A stretch of DNA of 64,000 nt from Limnochordia bacterium (GTDB taxonomy: Bacteria > Bacillota > Limnochordia > DUMW01), in NCBI GenBank assembly GCA_023230925.1, contig JALNWK010000006.1, positions 3,515 to 67,514 on the forward strand, given 5' to 3'. Position numbers and translations under genes: made by a program. The notes under the pieces are model-generated. The model saw nothing but the letters and a program-made list of their open reading frames with translations, ran no database searches and was not told where the DNA came from. Position 1 is the stretch's first letter; each line of letters opens with the position of its first letter. Below, piece after piece: positions 28,521 through 38,683 of this stretch.

Positions 28521-29134
28521 GTAAAGGCACATTATTAGTGGTTTCAGGACCCTCCGGTGTAGGGAAGAACACTGTCCTAGAGGAGTTTTGCCGAAGACAT
28601 CCTTCGGTCATCTACTCTATTTCTGCAACAACACGTACTCCCCGGGCCCATGAGGTCGAGGGGAAGGATTATTACTTTCTTACCACCGAGGAGTTTGAGG
28701 AGAGAATTAGACGGGACGGTTTCCTAGAGTGGGCTGAGTTTTGTGGTAAGCTCTACGGGACTCCTGCGGATTTTGTGCATGAGCAGCTCTTTAATGGTCA
28801 TGATCTGGTCATGGATATTGAGATCCAAGGGGCACTACAGGTTAAACAGCGTTTGCCCCAGGCGGTGCTGGTATTTCTTCTACCTCCGAGTCTTGAGGAA
28901 CTGCGGAAAAGGATTGAAGGTCGAGGAACCGAAGATGAGCGTAGTGTAACTGCTCGGTTGGATGTGGCCATCCAGGAATTGAAAACGGTAGAACGGTATG
29001 ACTACGCGGTAGTAAACAATGATGTGGGACAAGCGGCAGATGAGTTGTGGAGTATTCTTGTGGCCACAAAGGCAAGAATAAAGGGTAACTATCGTACCGT
29101 GTTAGGACAATATTGGCAGAGTATTCCATTTTAG
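28517..29134 (+). CDS. gmk: guanylate kinase
   Basis: P-loop GPSGVGKNT plus GK motifs. GTGA overlap with remA. Confidence 0.9.
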   Translation: MSKGTLLVVSGPSGVGKNTVLEEFCRRHPSVIYSISATTRTPRAHEVEGKDYYFLTTEEFEERIRRDGFLEWAEFCGKLYGTPADFVHEQLFNGHDLVMDIEIQGALQVKQRLPQAVLVFLLPPSLEELRKRIEGRGTEDERSVTARLDVAIQELKTVERYDYAVVNNDVGQAADELWSILVATKARIKGNYRTVLGQYWQSIPF

Positions 29135-29223
29135 TTTGGGGTTTACAAAGGCACATCTAATTATGATAGGAGGGAAGGTGCCGCCATCCTAAGCGAAAGC
29201 GGGGACTGGTCTGGCACGACCTT

Positions 29224-29424
29224 ATGAATCAACCATCAATAGATCGATTGCTAGGTAGAGTAGATAGTCGGTATACTGCAGTAGTAGCTGCGGCAAAAAG
29301 GGCGCGACAGTTATCTGAAGGAGCGGAACCATTAGCTGATGTACAGACTAATAAGCCTGTCACAGTTGCTCTTTATGAACTGGGTTCTGGTACTGTTAGG
29401 TACGAACGGATCCGTAAAAGTTGA
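29224..29424 (+). CDS. rpoZ: DNA-directed RNA polymerase subunit omega
   Basis: 66 aa, MNQPSIDRLL...RYTAVVAAAKRARQL. Confidence 0.85.
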   Translation: MNQPSIDRLLGRVDSRYTAVVAAAKRARQLSEGAEPLADVQTNKPVTVALYELGSGTVRYERIRKS

Positions 29425-29485
29425 AGCAGCATGCACAAAACGAGTATTGGACAGCTGTGATCTTCTGTGACTTAGAGGTGAGACT

Positions 29486-31756
29486 ATGCCCGGGTATGCG
29501 CAAGTCATCGTAGATGTACGAGTGCGACGGGTGGACCGTTGTTTTTGCTACAGCATTCCCAAGAAGCTGAAAAATCACCTGCGCCCAGGGCACCAGGTGC
29601 TAGTTCCTTTCAATAATCGACAAGTTATTGGTTATGTGATTGCTCTTGCGGATCAAGCCGAGGTCCCGGGGGTAAAACCCATCCTACGAATTTGTACACA
29701 AGACCCAGTTCTGACTTCAGAGATGCTAACCCTGGCCCAGTGGATGGCCGACTACTACGGCTGTCTCCTCGTGGATGCCCTGCAGTGCTTCATTCCTCCG
29801 GGAATGCGTCATCTTGGTCAAACCTCAGGGCATCGCTACCTGAAGACCTTTGAGATCAAGGTAGCGGGAGAGGAACTAAGGCAAGCCAAGGAAATGGTCC
29901 GGCGAGCTCCACGGCAACAGGAGGTCTTAAGCTACTTTGAAAAGACATGTCTATCACAGCGATGTGAGGGGAATTGTCCCTGTGAGAAGGTGACCCTCTC
30001 CTTCTTGAGACAAAAGGGGTTATCCTATCACGCCCTTAGGGCCTTAGAGGACAAGGGTTACCTAGCCAGTGGACAGATTGTACTCTATCGGGATCCCTTA
30101 GCGGAAGTCACCAAGCAAGGAAGTAGCACACCCCTAGCTCTAACCCCGGACCAACAGAGGGTCTTCGAGCAAATTAAAGACCAAATTCGCCGGCAGACGG
30201 GCGGTGTGTATCTTTTGCACGGGGTAACGGGAAGTGGTAAGACCGAGGTATATATGCAGCTTATTGACGAAGTCCGGTCCCATGATCAATCAGTGATCTT
30301 ACTTGTCCCGGAGATCTCCATGACTCCCCAGATGCTGGGACTATTCAAAAGCAGATTTGCCGACGATGTTGCTGTTTTGCACAGTCGGTTGTCCGATGGA
30401 GAACGTTTTGATGAGTGGCAACGTATTGCCTCCGGTGAGGCTGGTATTGTGATTGGTGCTCGTTCGGCGGTTTTTGCTCCGGTACGAAATCTCGGTTTGC
30501 TAATCCTTGATGAGGAACATGAGACCACGTACAAGCAGGCTGAGGGGCAACCGCCTTATCATACCCGGGATGTGGCGATAAAGCGGGCGGAGCTTAATCG
30601 GGCAGTGGTGTTGTTAGGCAGTGCTACCCCCTCTTTGGAATCCTACTATATGGCCGAGCAGAAAGTATATAACTTAGTGACATTACCAAGACGGATCAAC
30701 AACCTTCCCCTACCGCAGGTAGACATAATCGATATGCGAGAGGAATTAAAGGCAAAAAACCGTTCCATGTTTAGTCGCACCCTCCAGCAGGGGATCAGAA
30801 CAGCCCTAGCTCGTAGGGAACAGGTGATCCTGTTTATTAACCGCCGAGGAACCCTAGGTTTTATTCTATGCCGGGAATGCGGTCATGTGTTGCACTGTGA
30901 AAATTGCGCTGTTTCCCTAACGTACCATGAGGATATCAACCGGTTGTGCTGTCATTACTGTGGACTGGAACGGGAGATACCAACCACATGCCCTGAGTGC
31001 GGCAGCAGGAGTTTAAGGGGTTTTGGGGCGGGGACTCAGCGTGTGGAGCGGCAACTGGCCAATCTTTTTCCTCAAGCCCGCATCGCCCGCATGGACGGAG
31101 ATACCACCCGCAGAAAGGGAGCCTTTGGACGTATCCTAGGGGACTTCCGTAACCATGATTTGGATGTCCTTATTGGCACACAAATGGTGGCCAAGGGGTT
31201 AGATTTTCCCCAAGTAACCTTGGTGGGAGTGATGGCCGCGGACCTCACGTTGAATATCCCGGATTACCGGGCGGCGGAGCGTACCTTTCAGCTTCTGACC
31301 CAGGTAGCCGGTCGGGCCGGCCGGGGCACGCGGCCCGGTCGGGTAATCGTGCAGACATATAATCCCGAACATTACAGTATCAAGGCCGCACAACATCATG
31401 ATTACGTTGGGTTTTACAAACAAGAAATTGCCTTTCGCTCTAAGGTAAACTACCCACCAGTAGCCAATCTAGTTCGGCTTGTGTTTTCTGCGGAAGATGA
31501 GGAAGCAGTAGTTAAAGCAGCAAAGGAACATCTGATTGCGATGCAGCAAGGCCAGGACTACCATAATCAGGCGGTGGGTGTTTTGGGACCGGTGCCCTGT
31601 CCGCTAAGTCGACTGCAAGGCCGCTATCGCTGGCAGATTATGGTGAAGGGACCCGAACTGGCTACTTTACGAAAGGCGGCTCTTATTGATAGAATAAGAA
31701 AGGTGGCACCGGATGTAGCTGTTTTTGTTGATATCAATCCGGTTTCCATGTATTAA
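29486..31756 (+). CDS. priA: primosomal protein N' (replication restart helicase PriA)
   Basis: 756 aa. 3'-DNA-binding N-terminal domain, Walker A GVTGSGKTE, DEEH box and a Cys-rich zinc-binding region (CRECGHVLHCENC...CHYCG...CPECGS). Confidence 0.9.
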   Translation: MPGYAQVIVDVRVRRVDRCFCYSIPKKLKNHLRPGHQVLVPFNNRQVIGYVIALADQAEVPGVKPILRICTQDPVLTSEMLTLAQWMADYYGCLLVDALQCFIPPGMRHLGQTSGHRYLKTFEIKVAGEELRQAKEMVRRAPRQQEVLSYFEKTCLSQRCEGNCPCEKVTLSFLRQKGLSYHALRALEDKGYLASGQIVLYRDPLAEVTKQGSSTPLALTPDQQRVFEQIKDQIRRQTGGVYLLHGVTGSGKTEVYMQLIDEVRSHDQSVILLVPEISMTPQMLGLFKSRFADDVAVLHSRLSDGERFDEWQRIASGEAGIVIGARSAVFAPVRNLGLLILDEEHETTYKQAEGQPPYHTRDVAIKRAELNRAVVLLGSATPSLESYYMAEQKVYNLVTLPRRINNLPLPQVDIIDMREELKAKNRSMFSRTLQQGIRTALARREQVILFINRRGTLGFILCRECGHVLHCENCAVSLTYHEDINRLCCHYCGLEREIPTTCPECGSRSLRGFGAGTQRVERQLANLFPQARIARMDGDTTRRKGAFGRILGDFRNHDLDVLIGTQMVAKGLDFPQVTLVGVMAADLTLNIPDYRAAERTFQLLTQVAGRAGRGTRPGRVIVQTYNPEHYSIKAAQHHDYVGFYKQEIAFRSKVNYPPVANLVRLVFSAEDEEAVVKAAKEHLIAMQQGQDYHNQAVGVLGPVPCPLSRLQGRYRWQIMVKGPELATLRKAALIDRIRKVAPDVAVFVDINPVSMY

Positions 31757-31802
31757 TCCAAAACTAAGGGGGCGTCGGGCATCTAGGTATGCCCAAGTGG
31801 AA

Positions 31803-32255
31803 ATGGCACAACTGGAAGTAGTAGTGGAGGGCGATTCGGTCCTTCGTCAAACCGCCCAGCCGGTTAAACGGGTGACGAAGAGATTGGTTACCCTGATCAA
31901 GGATATGGGAGAGACCATGTATGCAGCCAATGGGGTTGGCCTTGCCGCTCCCCAGGTTGGTGAATCAATTAGGGTAATTGTGGTTGATCCTGGGGATGGA
32001 CTGATCGCGGTGGTGAATCCTGTGATTACCGCTGGCAGTGGGGAAGATATTGAGGTTGAAGGATGCCTGAGTATTCCTGGAGTGAGCGGGTATGTACAAC
32101 GCTTTGCCCGTGTTGAGGTTGATGGATTGAATGAAAAGGGCAGGCCAATCAGGATTCAGGCCGATGGTTTGTTAGCGAGGATCTTACAGCATGAGATTGA
32201 TCACTTAGATGGCATACTCTTCATTGATAAAGCCACCTGCCTGTCCCAAGACTAG
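31803..32255 (+). CDS. def: peptide deformylase
   Basis: GVGLAAPQVG, EGCLSIPG and HEIDHLDG motifs. Start set to the ATG at 31803; the track ORF is extended to 31725. Confidence 0.9.
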   Translation: MAQLEVVVEGDSVLRQTAQPVKRVTKRLVTLIKDMGETMYAANGVGLAAPQVGESIRVIVVDPGDGLIAVVNPVITAGSGEDIEVEGCLSIPGVSGYVQRFARVEVDGLNEKGRPIRIQADGLLARILQHEIDHLDGILFIDKATCLSQD

Positions 32256-32276
32256 GCAAAAGGAAGGAGCCTGGAT

Positions 32277-33212
32277 GTGCGTTTTGTTTTCATGGGAACA
32301 CCGGACTTTTCTGTTCCTACTCTAAAGACCTTGGCCAAGAGGCACGAGGTGGTTTTGGTTGTAACTCAGCCTGATCGACCCCGGGATCGGGGCCAACGGG
32401 TCAAACCATCACCGGTAAAGGCAGTAGCAAAAAAACTGCAGATACCGGTGGTCCAGCCTGAGCGGGTTAGTGATCCTGAGTTTATTGCCAAGCTTGCAGC
32501 TTACGATGTTGATGCCATCATTGTTGTGGCCTTCGGACAGAAGATTCCGGAGGAAATCCTGCAAATGGGGAAATATGGTTGTATCAATGTCCATGCTTCG
32601 CTGCTACCAAAGTATCGGGGGGCAGCGCCAATTCAGTGGGCCATCCTCAAGGGTGAGACGACCACCGGGGTGACTGTCATGCAAATGGATACCGGTTGGG
32701 ATACGGGGGATATTCTCATGCAACGGGAGATCGTTTTATCTCCAGAGGAAACTGGAGGAACGTTACATGATCGGCTGGCAGCTTTGGGGGCAACGGCCTT
32801 AATTGAGGCTCTCGCAGGTTTAGCTAAGGGGGACCTTACGCCAAGGCCCCAGAATGATCAGCTGGCAACTGTGGCTCCGAAGCTAACCAAGGAAAGGGGA
32901 CGTATCCAGTGGGACAGGCCAGCCGATGAAATTGAACGGTTAGTCCGTGCTATGAATCCTTGGCCCCTTGCCTATTGTACTCATCGGGACCTACGTTTGC
33001 GTGTTTGGCGGGCCGGAGTTGATGCTACTAGTCACCGGGCACAGCCAGGAGCTGTTTTGCGTATTGATCCCCAAAAAGGGATAGCAGTTGCCTGTGGGTA
33101 TGCTATGGTATGGTTAGAAGAGGTACAACCCCAAGCCCGTAGACGCATGGGCGCACAGGACTACGTAAATGGTTATGGTATTACTATTGGAGAGGTCTTA
33201 GGCAATGGGTAA
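32277..33212 (+). CDS. fmt: methionyl-tRNA formyltransferase
   Basis: MRFVFMGTPDFS N-terminus and the NVHASLLPKYRGAAPI motif. GTG start with an AAGGAAGGAG RBS. Confidence 0.9.
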   Translation: MRFVFMGTPDFSVPTLKTLAKRHEVVLVVTQPDRPRDRGQRVKPSPVKAVAKKLQIPVVQPERVSDPEFIAKLAAYDVDAIIVVAFGQKIPEEILQMGKYGCINVHASLLPKYRGAAPIQWAILKGETTTGVTVMQMDTGWDTGDILMQREIVLSPEETGGTLHDRLAALGATALIEALAGLAKGDLTPRPQNDQLATVAPKLTKERGRIQWDRPADEIERLVRAMNPWPLAYCTHRDLRLRVWRAGVDATSHRAQPGAVLRIDPQKGIAVACGYAMVWLEEVQPQARRRMGAQDYVNGYGITIGEVLGNG

Positions 33213-33975
33213 AACCAGCTCTTACCAAGATAGCCCACGGTTGATTGTTGGGCTCCTTGCCGCAGCATTTGGGTTTGTGGTATTATTGACCTGGTTAATC
33301 CTTTATCTGCCAAACCTTGGGGACCAGCTGGTCGTGGTGTTTTCTGCCCTTAAGATTGGCTTAGGTGTAATGCTTATAGTCTTATTGATTGGGATCATCG
33401 CCTTAGTGTGGATGCTAAGGAAACACCGCTTCTTGGCGATATTTGATGCCCCCATCCAGTGGACCTTGCGGGTCCTATTGCCGGTTGCCATGTTCTTAGG
33501 AAGACTTCTAAAGGTTCCTAAGGATCTCATTCGCCGCTCTTACATCGGGGTTCACAACCGACTAACCCAGATTCGCAAACAGATAGGTGTTGTACCGGAT
33601 CGGCTATTGGTTCTAGTACCTGCCTGTTTGCAGCGGTTTGAATGTAGGATGAAGGTAACCGGTCGGGTGGAAAACTGTCAGAAATGCGGCGCTTGTCCCA
33701 TCGGAGACCTGTTAGCTTTGCGCGAACGACTTGGATTTCAACTTGTTGTTAGTGCCGGAGGGACCCAGGCGAGAAGGGCAGTAGTGGAGTATCAGCCCGA
33801 GGCGGTGGTAGCAGTGGCCTGTGAAAGGGATTTGGTGAGCGGGATATGCGATGTTGATCCTCGGCTAAATGTCCTTGGGATTATTAACCAAAGACCCAAG
33901 GGCCCTTGCTTTGAGACCGAGGTTGATTTGAGACAGCTGGAAAATGCTGTGTTGAGTTTACTTGCCCCAAGATAA
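33205..33975 (+). CDS. DUF116-family membrane protein with Cys-rich domain
   Basis: N-terminal TM helices followed by conserved Cys (CLQRFEC...CQKCGAC). Commonly paired with fmt in Clostridia. Confidence 0.6.
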   Translation: MGKTSSYQDSPRLIVGLLAAAFGFVVLLTWLILYLPNLGDQLVVVFSALKIGLGVMLIVLLIGIIALVWMLRKHRFLAIFDAPIQWTLRVLLPVAMFLGRLLKVPKDLIRRSYIGVHNRLTQIRKQIGVVPDRLLVLVPACLQRFECRMKVTGRVENCQKCGACPIGDLLALRERLGFQLVVSAGGTQARRAVVEYQPEAVVAVACERDLVSGICDVDPRLNVLGIINQRPKGPCFETEVDLRQLENAVLSLLAPR

Positions 33976-34003
33976 GGTAAGGATAGGAAGAGGAGGAGAA
34001 GAC

Positions 34004-34702
34004 ATGTATATTCTGCAGTACTATGCGACATGGATTGTATTGCTTCCTGCGCTAGTTTTAGCAATGTATGCCCAGCTGAAGGTGCAAAGCACTTTTTCCA
34101 GGTATTTACGGCATCCAGCATACATTGGCAAAAGTGGCGCCCAGGTAGCGAGGGAGCTTTTAGATCGGAACAACCTATCCGATGTACGGGTAGAGAGGAC
34201 CGGTCGTACCCTAGGAGATCACTATGATCCCAGGGTACGGGTGCTTCGGTTGTCCCCCGAAGTATATGAGGGTCGTTCAATTGCTGCTCTTGGTGTAGCC
34301 GCCCATGAGACCGGTCATGCCTTGCAGCACGCAGCCAACTATTTACCTCTGGGATTGCGAAACAGCATCTTCCCTGTGGCTAGCTTTGGTTCTCAGCTGG
34401 CTCTGCCCTTGTTCTTCGTAGGATTACTCTTCCAGGGTGCCGGGCTAGGTTGGTTAACGGACCTGGGTATTTTGCTGTTCATGACGGCGATCTTATTCCA
34501 GTTGGTGACTTTGCCCGTCGAGTTTAATGCCAGTAGAAGAGCCATGGCTCTTCTATCACAGGGTGGGTATATTACCCGCGCGGAGGCGGGAAAAACAAAA
34601 GAGATCCTCAGTGCAGCGGCCTTGACCTATGTGGCAGCAGTTGCCGTTTCCATTGGCCAACTACTAAGATTGCTACTAATCCGGGGCCAACGACGGGACT
34701 GA
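34004..34702 (+). CDS. putative neutral zinc metallopeptidase (Zn_peptidase_2 family, membrane)
   Basis: HETGHALQH zinc-binding motif. Membrane protein of about 230 aa. ATG at 34004 after a GGAAGAGGAGGAG RBS. Confidence 0.7.
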   Translation: MYILQYYATWIVLLPALVLAMYAQLKVQSTFSRYLRHPAYIGKSGAQVARELLDRNNLSDVRVERTGRTLGDHYDPRVRVLRLSPEVYEGRSIAALGVAAHETGHALQHAANYLPLGLRNSIFPVASFGSQLALPLFFVGLLFQGAGLGWLTDLGILLFMTAILFQLVTLPVEFNASRRAMALLSQGGYITRAEAGKTKEILSAAALTYVAAVAVSIGQLLRLLLIRGQRRD

Positions 34703-34706
34703 TTTT

Positions 34707-36098
34707 ATGGGTAAGGGTCCTAGCACTAATGTCTCCCCCGCAAGACAGGTTGCCCTTGCTGTTTTGATGGAGGTTGAAGGAAAAAGAGCCTATGCTACCT
34801 TGGCTCTAAATGAGAAGCTGCCCGGTCTTACCAAGAAAGACCGGGCGCTAGCTACTGAGATCGTATGTGGCACCCTACGGAACAGAAGCCTACTAGATTG
34901 GCACATTAGACAGGTGGCCGATCGTCCTCTAGAGACGATGTCCCCTCCAGTTCGCAATATACTACGCCTAAGCACCTACCAGATCCTGTTTCTGGATTCC
35001 ATAGGTGACTATGCCATTGTGGACGAGGCTGTGCGGCTGACTAAGTCCTCCTCCCGCAAAGCAGCGGGGTTTGTCAATGGGGTGCTGCGTAACCTCCTAC
35101 GTAAACTACCAGGGTTTTCCTTGCCCTGTTTGGCAGACGATCCGGTGGCGTATGTCTCGATCAAGTATTCCCATCCGGCGTGGCTGGTGGAAAGATGGAT
35201 TGCCAACTTCGGAATCCAGCATACCATTGCCTATTGCCAAGCCAATAACGAGACTCCTCCTACTGTGATTAGGACCAATACACTAAAGATCTCCCGGGAA
35301 GAGTTATTTACTTCCTTGGGAAAAGCAGGAATAAACGGTTGGTTTACAGAATATGTACCGGAAAGCATCGTCGTGGAAAAAACCGGGTCGCCCGAGGCTT
35401 TACCGGGTTACCATGAAGGTTGGTTTTTCATTCAGGATGAGAGTTCTATGATTGCGGCCCACTGTATGGATCCGAAACCCACAGATGTGGTCTATGACCT
35501 ATGTAGCGCTCCTGGAGGGAAAGCCACCCATTTGGCTCAGTTGATGGGAAATCATGGGGAGATATTGGCCGTGGACATCCATGAGCATCGGCTGAAGCTA
35601 ATCGAGGAGAATGCTAGGCGACTTGGTATCACTAACATAGAGACCGTCCTCAGTCCCGCAGAGAAGCTACCGGAGGAATTTTTCGGCAAGGCACAGCGGG
35701 TGCTAGTGGATGCTCCTTGTTCGGGGTTGGGGGTTTTACGCCGAAGGGTTGACGCCCGTTGGCATAAGAGCGAAGCGGATATAGTAGATTTACAACAGAT
35801 TCAGCGGAGTATTTTGAGTCGGGCAGCTAGTTTAGTAGCTCCTGGAGGTATCCTAGTATACACAACATGTACCCTGGAACCGGAGGAGACCCTGGATAAT
35901 GTAGCTTGGTTTCTGTCTAGTTTTCCAGATTATTTCCCTGGGGGTACTCTATCCTCTAGGTTTAGTCGTTTTGCGCCCTCCCGTCTGTATCGGGTCTTAT
36001 CCATACAACGAGAGGTACAGCGATGTATCGCCGCCCTAGCGCCCCATTTGGATGGAACAGATGGCTTTTTCATTGCGCAGTTTGAGAAGAAGCAATAA
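34707..36098 (+). CDS. rsmB: 16S rRNA (cytosine967-C5)-methyltransferase RsmB/Sun
   Basis: NusB-like N-terminal domain and a SAM MTase domain (DLCSAPGGKATH, DAPCSG, TCT). 463 aa. Confidence 0.9.
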   Translation: MGKGPSTNVSPARQVALAVLMEVEGKRAYATLALNEKLPGLTKKDRALATEIVCGTLRNRSLLDWHIRQVADRPLETMSPPVRNILRLSTYQILFLDSIGDYAIVDEAVRLTKSSSRKAAGFVNGVLRNLLRKLPGFSLPCLADDPVAYVSIKYSHPAWLVERWIANFGIQHTIAYCQANNETPPTVIRTNTLKISREELFTSLGKAGINGWFTEYVPESIVVEKTGSPEALPGYHEGWFFIQDESSMIAAHCMDPKPTDVVYDLCSAPGGKATHLAQLMGNHGEILAVDIHEHRLKLIEENARRLGITNIETVLSPAEKLPEEFFGKAQRVLVDAPCSGLGVLRRRVDARWHKSEADIVDLQQIQRSILSRAASLVAPGGILVYTTCTLEPEETLDNVAWFLSSFPDYFPGGTLSSRFSRFAPSRLYRVLSIQREVQRCIAALAPHLDGTDGFFIAQFEKKQ

Positions 36099-36114
36099 GA
36101 AGGGGTGGGAGGAT

Positions 36115-36897
36115 GTGTTAAGAGTTCTCATAGTTGATAATAATGCAGACTTATGCCAACAGCTAGAAGAATATCTCGCACAGTCGCCAGACATTGAACC
36201 CTGTGGTGTGGCCTATGATGGGGAGATGGCCCTTGAGTTAATCCAAGAACTCGAACCCGATGTGGTACTTTTGGATCTAACTATGCCTAAACTAGATGGT
36301 ATAGGTGTGATGGAAGGTCTGTCTAATTTAGACTTAGATACGTATCCGGATGTCATTGTGTTGACAGCCTTTGCCCGGGATGAAATGGTGGAGCGGATGA
36401 CCGAACTGGGCGCGAAATATTTCATTGTGAAGCCAATTAACCTGAGTATCCTAGCTGAACGGATCCGGCAATTCGGGGCGTCTGACAACTCGAACCAAAT
36501 GGGGGGAAGGTTGCCAAATAGTACCGCCTCACCCCTAGGTACAATTCGGCGTTCAGAGGCGATGCTTACAGATCTGCTGCACCAGATCGGGCTACCGTCT
36601 CATTTCAAAGGACATGTGTATCTAAGAGAAGCGGTGTTAATGGTTATGGATAACCCTGCCTTACTTGGAGGGCTGACGAAACAGGTTTACCCGGTGATTG
36701 CAGAGCGTCATAGTACTACGCCATCGGGGGTTGAATCTGCGATCCGAAATGCTCTTGTCACGGCATGGAATAGGGGTAACCGTGAGTTTCTGGTGACTCT
36801 GATGGGAATACATATGACCAACAACGGAGAGGCCCAAATGCCCACTAATTCCGTTCTTATAGCAAAGCTTGCGGATCGATTACGCCTAGCTAAGTAG
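36115..36897 (+). CDS. spo0A: sporulation master regulator Spo0A homolog
   Basis: Receiver domain (LIVDNN...LLDLTMPKLDG...LTAF...KP) plus a Spo0A-specific C-terminal DNA-binding domain. HFKGHVYLREAVLMV and ESAIRNALVTAWNRGN match Spo0A IKGYLYLREAI and ERAIRHAIEVAWSRGN. The start is uncertain; GTG at 36115 fits the usual Spo0A N-terminus, and ATG at 36052 or 36061 is also possible. Confidence 0.8.
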   Translation: MLRVLIVDNNADLCQQLEEYLAQSPDIEPCGVAYDGEMALELIQELEPDVVLLDLTMPKLDGIGVMEGLSNLDLDTYPDVIVLTAFARDEMVERMTELGAKYFIVKPINLSILAERIRQFGASDNSNQMGGRLPNSTASPLGTIRRSEAMLTDLLHQIGLPSHFKGHVYLREAVLMVMDNPALLGGLTKQVYPVIAERHSTTPSGVESAIRNALVTAWNRGNREFLVTLMGIHMTNNGEAQMPTNSVLIAKLADRLRLAK

Positions 36898-38410
36898 TCT
36901 GTGAACGGGTGCTTAGGCTTAGTCTCGGTAGCACAAACACCAAGAGTAGAAAGACGAGAAGCATCCGGGGTAGGGAATAAAGCAAGCTCCAGCCGTAAGC
37001 CCTAAGCGCAATAGTTGGACCATATTCGAAGAACAAATCAAGGTTATTCAGCCCAGCAATAAGGGTTAGCTTATCCTCGGTGAGTATGACTGACTGGATG
37101 AATTGGTATTGAGCAAAGCTCTGTGCGAAGGAAGTCAAGATTACCACAAGACAGGCAGGACCCAAATTGCTGGGCTGTCTGTGTGCAAAAAATAGTCGAA
37201 AGATGAAGATACTAAGGGGTGATGCGCCAAGAGTTAGCGCGATGGCCCAAAGGTTGTCAAATAATCCGATATTGAACAACACGATGCGCAGGAACGGTGT
37301 TAGTACCAAAGGGAAGAGGAAGAGGGGGGCTGTCAGAAACAGTGAGGCTACTCTACTTCCCACGGGCTTAATGACGTTGAGAGAATAGCCAGCCATAGCT
37401 CCCAGTAACAGCTGAAGCCCGGCGACTACCCCTCCGACTAAAAGACCGTTTGTGGTCCATCTACGAAAGGGAAGTCCTAGGGAGGATGGACCTTCGGAAA
37501 ACTGCTGCGCAATTAGCAAAGCCAACGTGGGCACAAGTAACAGTACCACTACGATTAAGGGAATATAGACCGCCCATGTGGGTTGTGTGCTGTTTTTCCG
37601 ATGGAGGGTGCTACTTGGAGCGAGCAGTGGTTGTTGTTGCTCCATGATCCACCACACAACAATACCTAAAATGAGTAAAGGGATAGCGAGAACTACACCA
37701 GCGGCAGCGGCTAATTCCTGGGCGGTCACGCCCCCTTGGAGATTGGTGTTGATAAACGCAGCGATGGTTTGGTCTAATACCAAATGGCTGGTTACCAAGC
37801 CAAAGGCTAGGAAGAAGATAATGCTCAAAGCAAAGGCCGATGGTTGACTGGCATATTTAAAGGTATTGTTCTCCGTTAGGCTGGTAATGACGTATCCAAG
37901 TAATATGGCTAAGGGCAGGATGAAAAGTCCATCAAGGACGATCCCCTTAAGTAAAGCCAGGGGACCGGGGCCGAAAATTCCAAGATTTATGTTTCGGCTT
38001 AATAGAAATATATACGATCCTTGGAAAATACCATAGAAAAGACCTGCTGAACCAAGGAGGGTAACTAGGCTTAAGGATAACTTGTACAGGTTTGACTGAT
38101 TGCGATATGAGGCACTACTGTGACCTAACCAAAGGCCAAGACCTGTAAAAACCAACTTGCCAAGGACAACGAAGACTGTTATTTTAAGGGAATGGTTAAA
38201 GGTCCCATCGGCAAAGAGGGTTTGGAAATGAGCTAGACCCACGTACGTGCTTCTTGCTCCGGCTAAGTCGATAGCAGACATGCTCATCCGCACTAGTCCA
38301 ACCAAGGGCATCCAGCTAAAAAAGCCGATGGCAACACAGGCGGGAAGCAGGAGAAGCCAGCCTAATAGGCTGCTGAATAATCGTGTAGTGAAACGACCTT
38401 CATTAACCAT
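36890..38410 (-). CDS. polytopic membrane protein (12+ TM), unknown function; possibly a fused transporter permease
   Basis: 506-aa highly hydrophobic ORF. No confident family assignment. Confidence 0.35.
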   Translation of the reverse strand: MVNEGRFTTRLFSSLLGWLLLLPACVAIGFFSWMPLVGLVRMSMSAIDLAGARSTYVGLAHFQTLFADGTFNHSLKITVFVVLGKLVFTGLGLWLGHSSASYRNQSNLYKLSLSLVTLLGSAGLFYGIFQGSYIFLLSRNINLGIFGPGPLALLKGIVLDGLFILPLAILLGYVITSLTENNTFKYASQPSAFALSIIFFLAFGLVTSHLVLDQTIAAFINTNLQGGVTAQELAAAAGVVLAIPLLILGIVVWWIMEQQQPLLAPSSTLHRKNSTQPTWAVYIPLIVVVLLLVPTLALLIAQQFSEGPSSLGLPFRRWTTNGLLVGGVVAGLQLLLGAMAGYSLNVIKPVGSRVASLFLTAPLFLFPLVLTPFLRIVLFNIGLFDNLWAIALTLGASPLSIFIFRLFFAHRQPSNLGPACLVVILTSFAQSFAQYQFIQSVILTEDKLTLIAGLNNLDLFFEYGPTIALRAYGWSLLYSLPRMLLVFLLLVFVLPRLSLSTRSQTT

Positions 38411-38465
38411 GGTAACCCTCCCGGAAAGAAAGAAAGCACCGTCAAATTCGGTGCTAGATTAAGAA

Positions 38466-38543
38466 TGGTCGGGGTGGCGAGATTTGAACTCGCGGCCTCA
38501 TCGTCCCGAACGATGCGCGCTAGCCAAGCTGCGCTACACCCCG
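38466..38543 (-). tRNA. tRNA-Pro (anticodon CGG), CCA encoded
   Basis: The reverse complement folds as a canonical cloverleaf. Acceptor CGGGGTG/CACCCCG, D-arm GCGC-AGCTTGGCTA-GCGC, anticodon stem CATCG with loop TTCGGGA (anticodon CGG), T-arm GCGAG-TTCAAAT-CTCGC, discriminator A and a 3' CCA. Confidence 0.9.
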
Positions 38544-38683
38544 GCATTTAGGAAAAAATAACGTCACAGAGATTATACTTTATGATAAAATATATGTCAA
38601 TAGACGGGGTTGGGGTTTTACCCGACCTTGGTATAGTTTGGTAGCAATTCTGGGATAATAGTTCATATAAAGAAGGTGCAACA

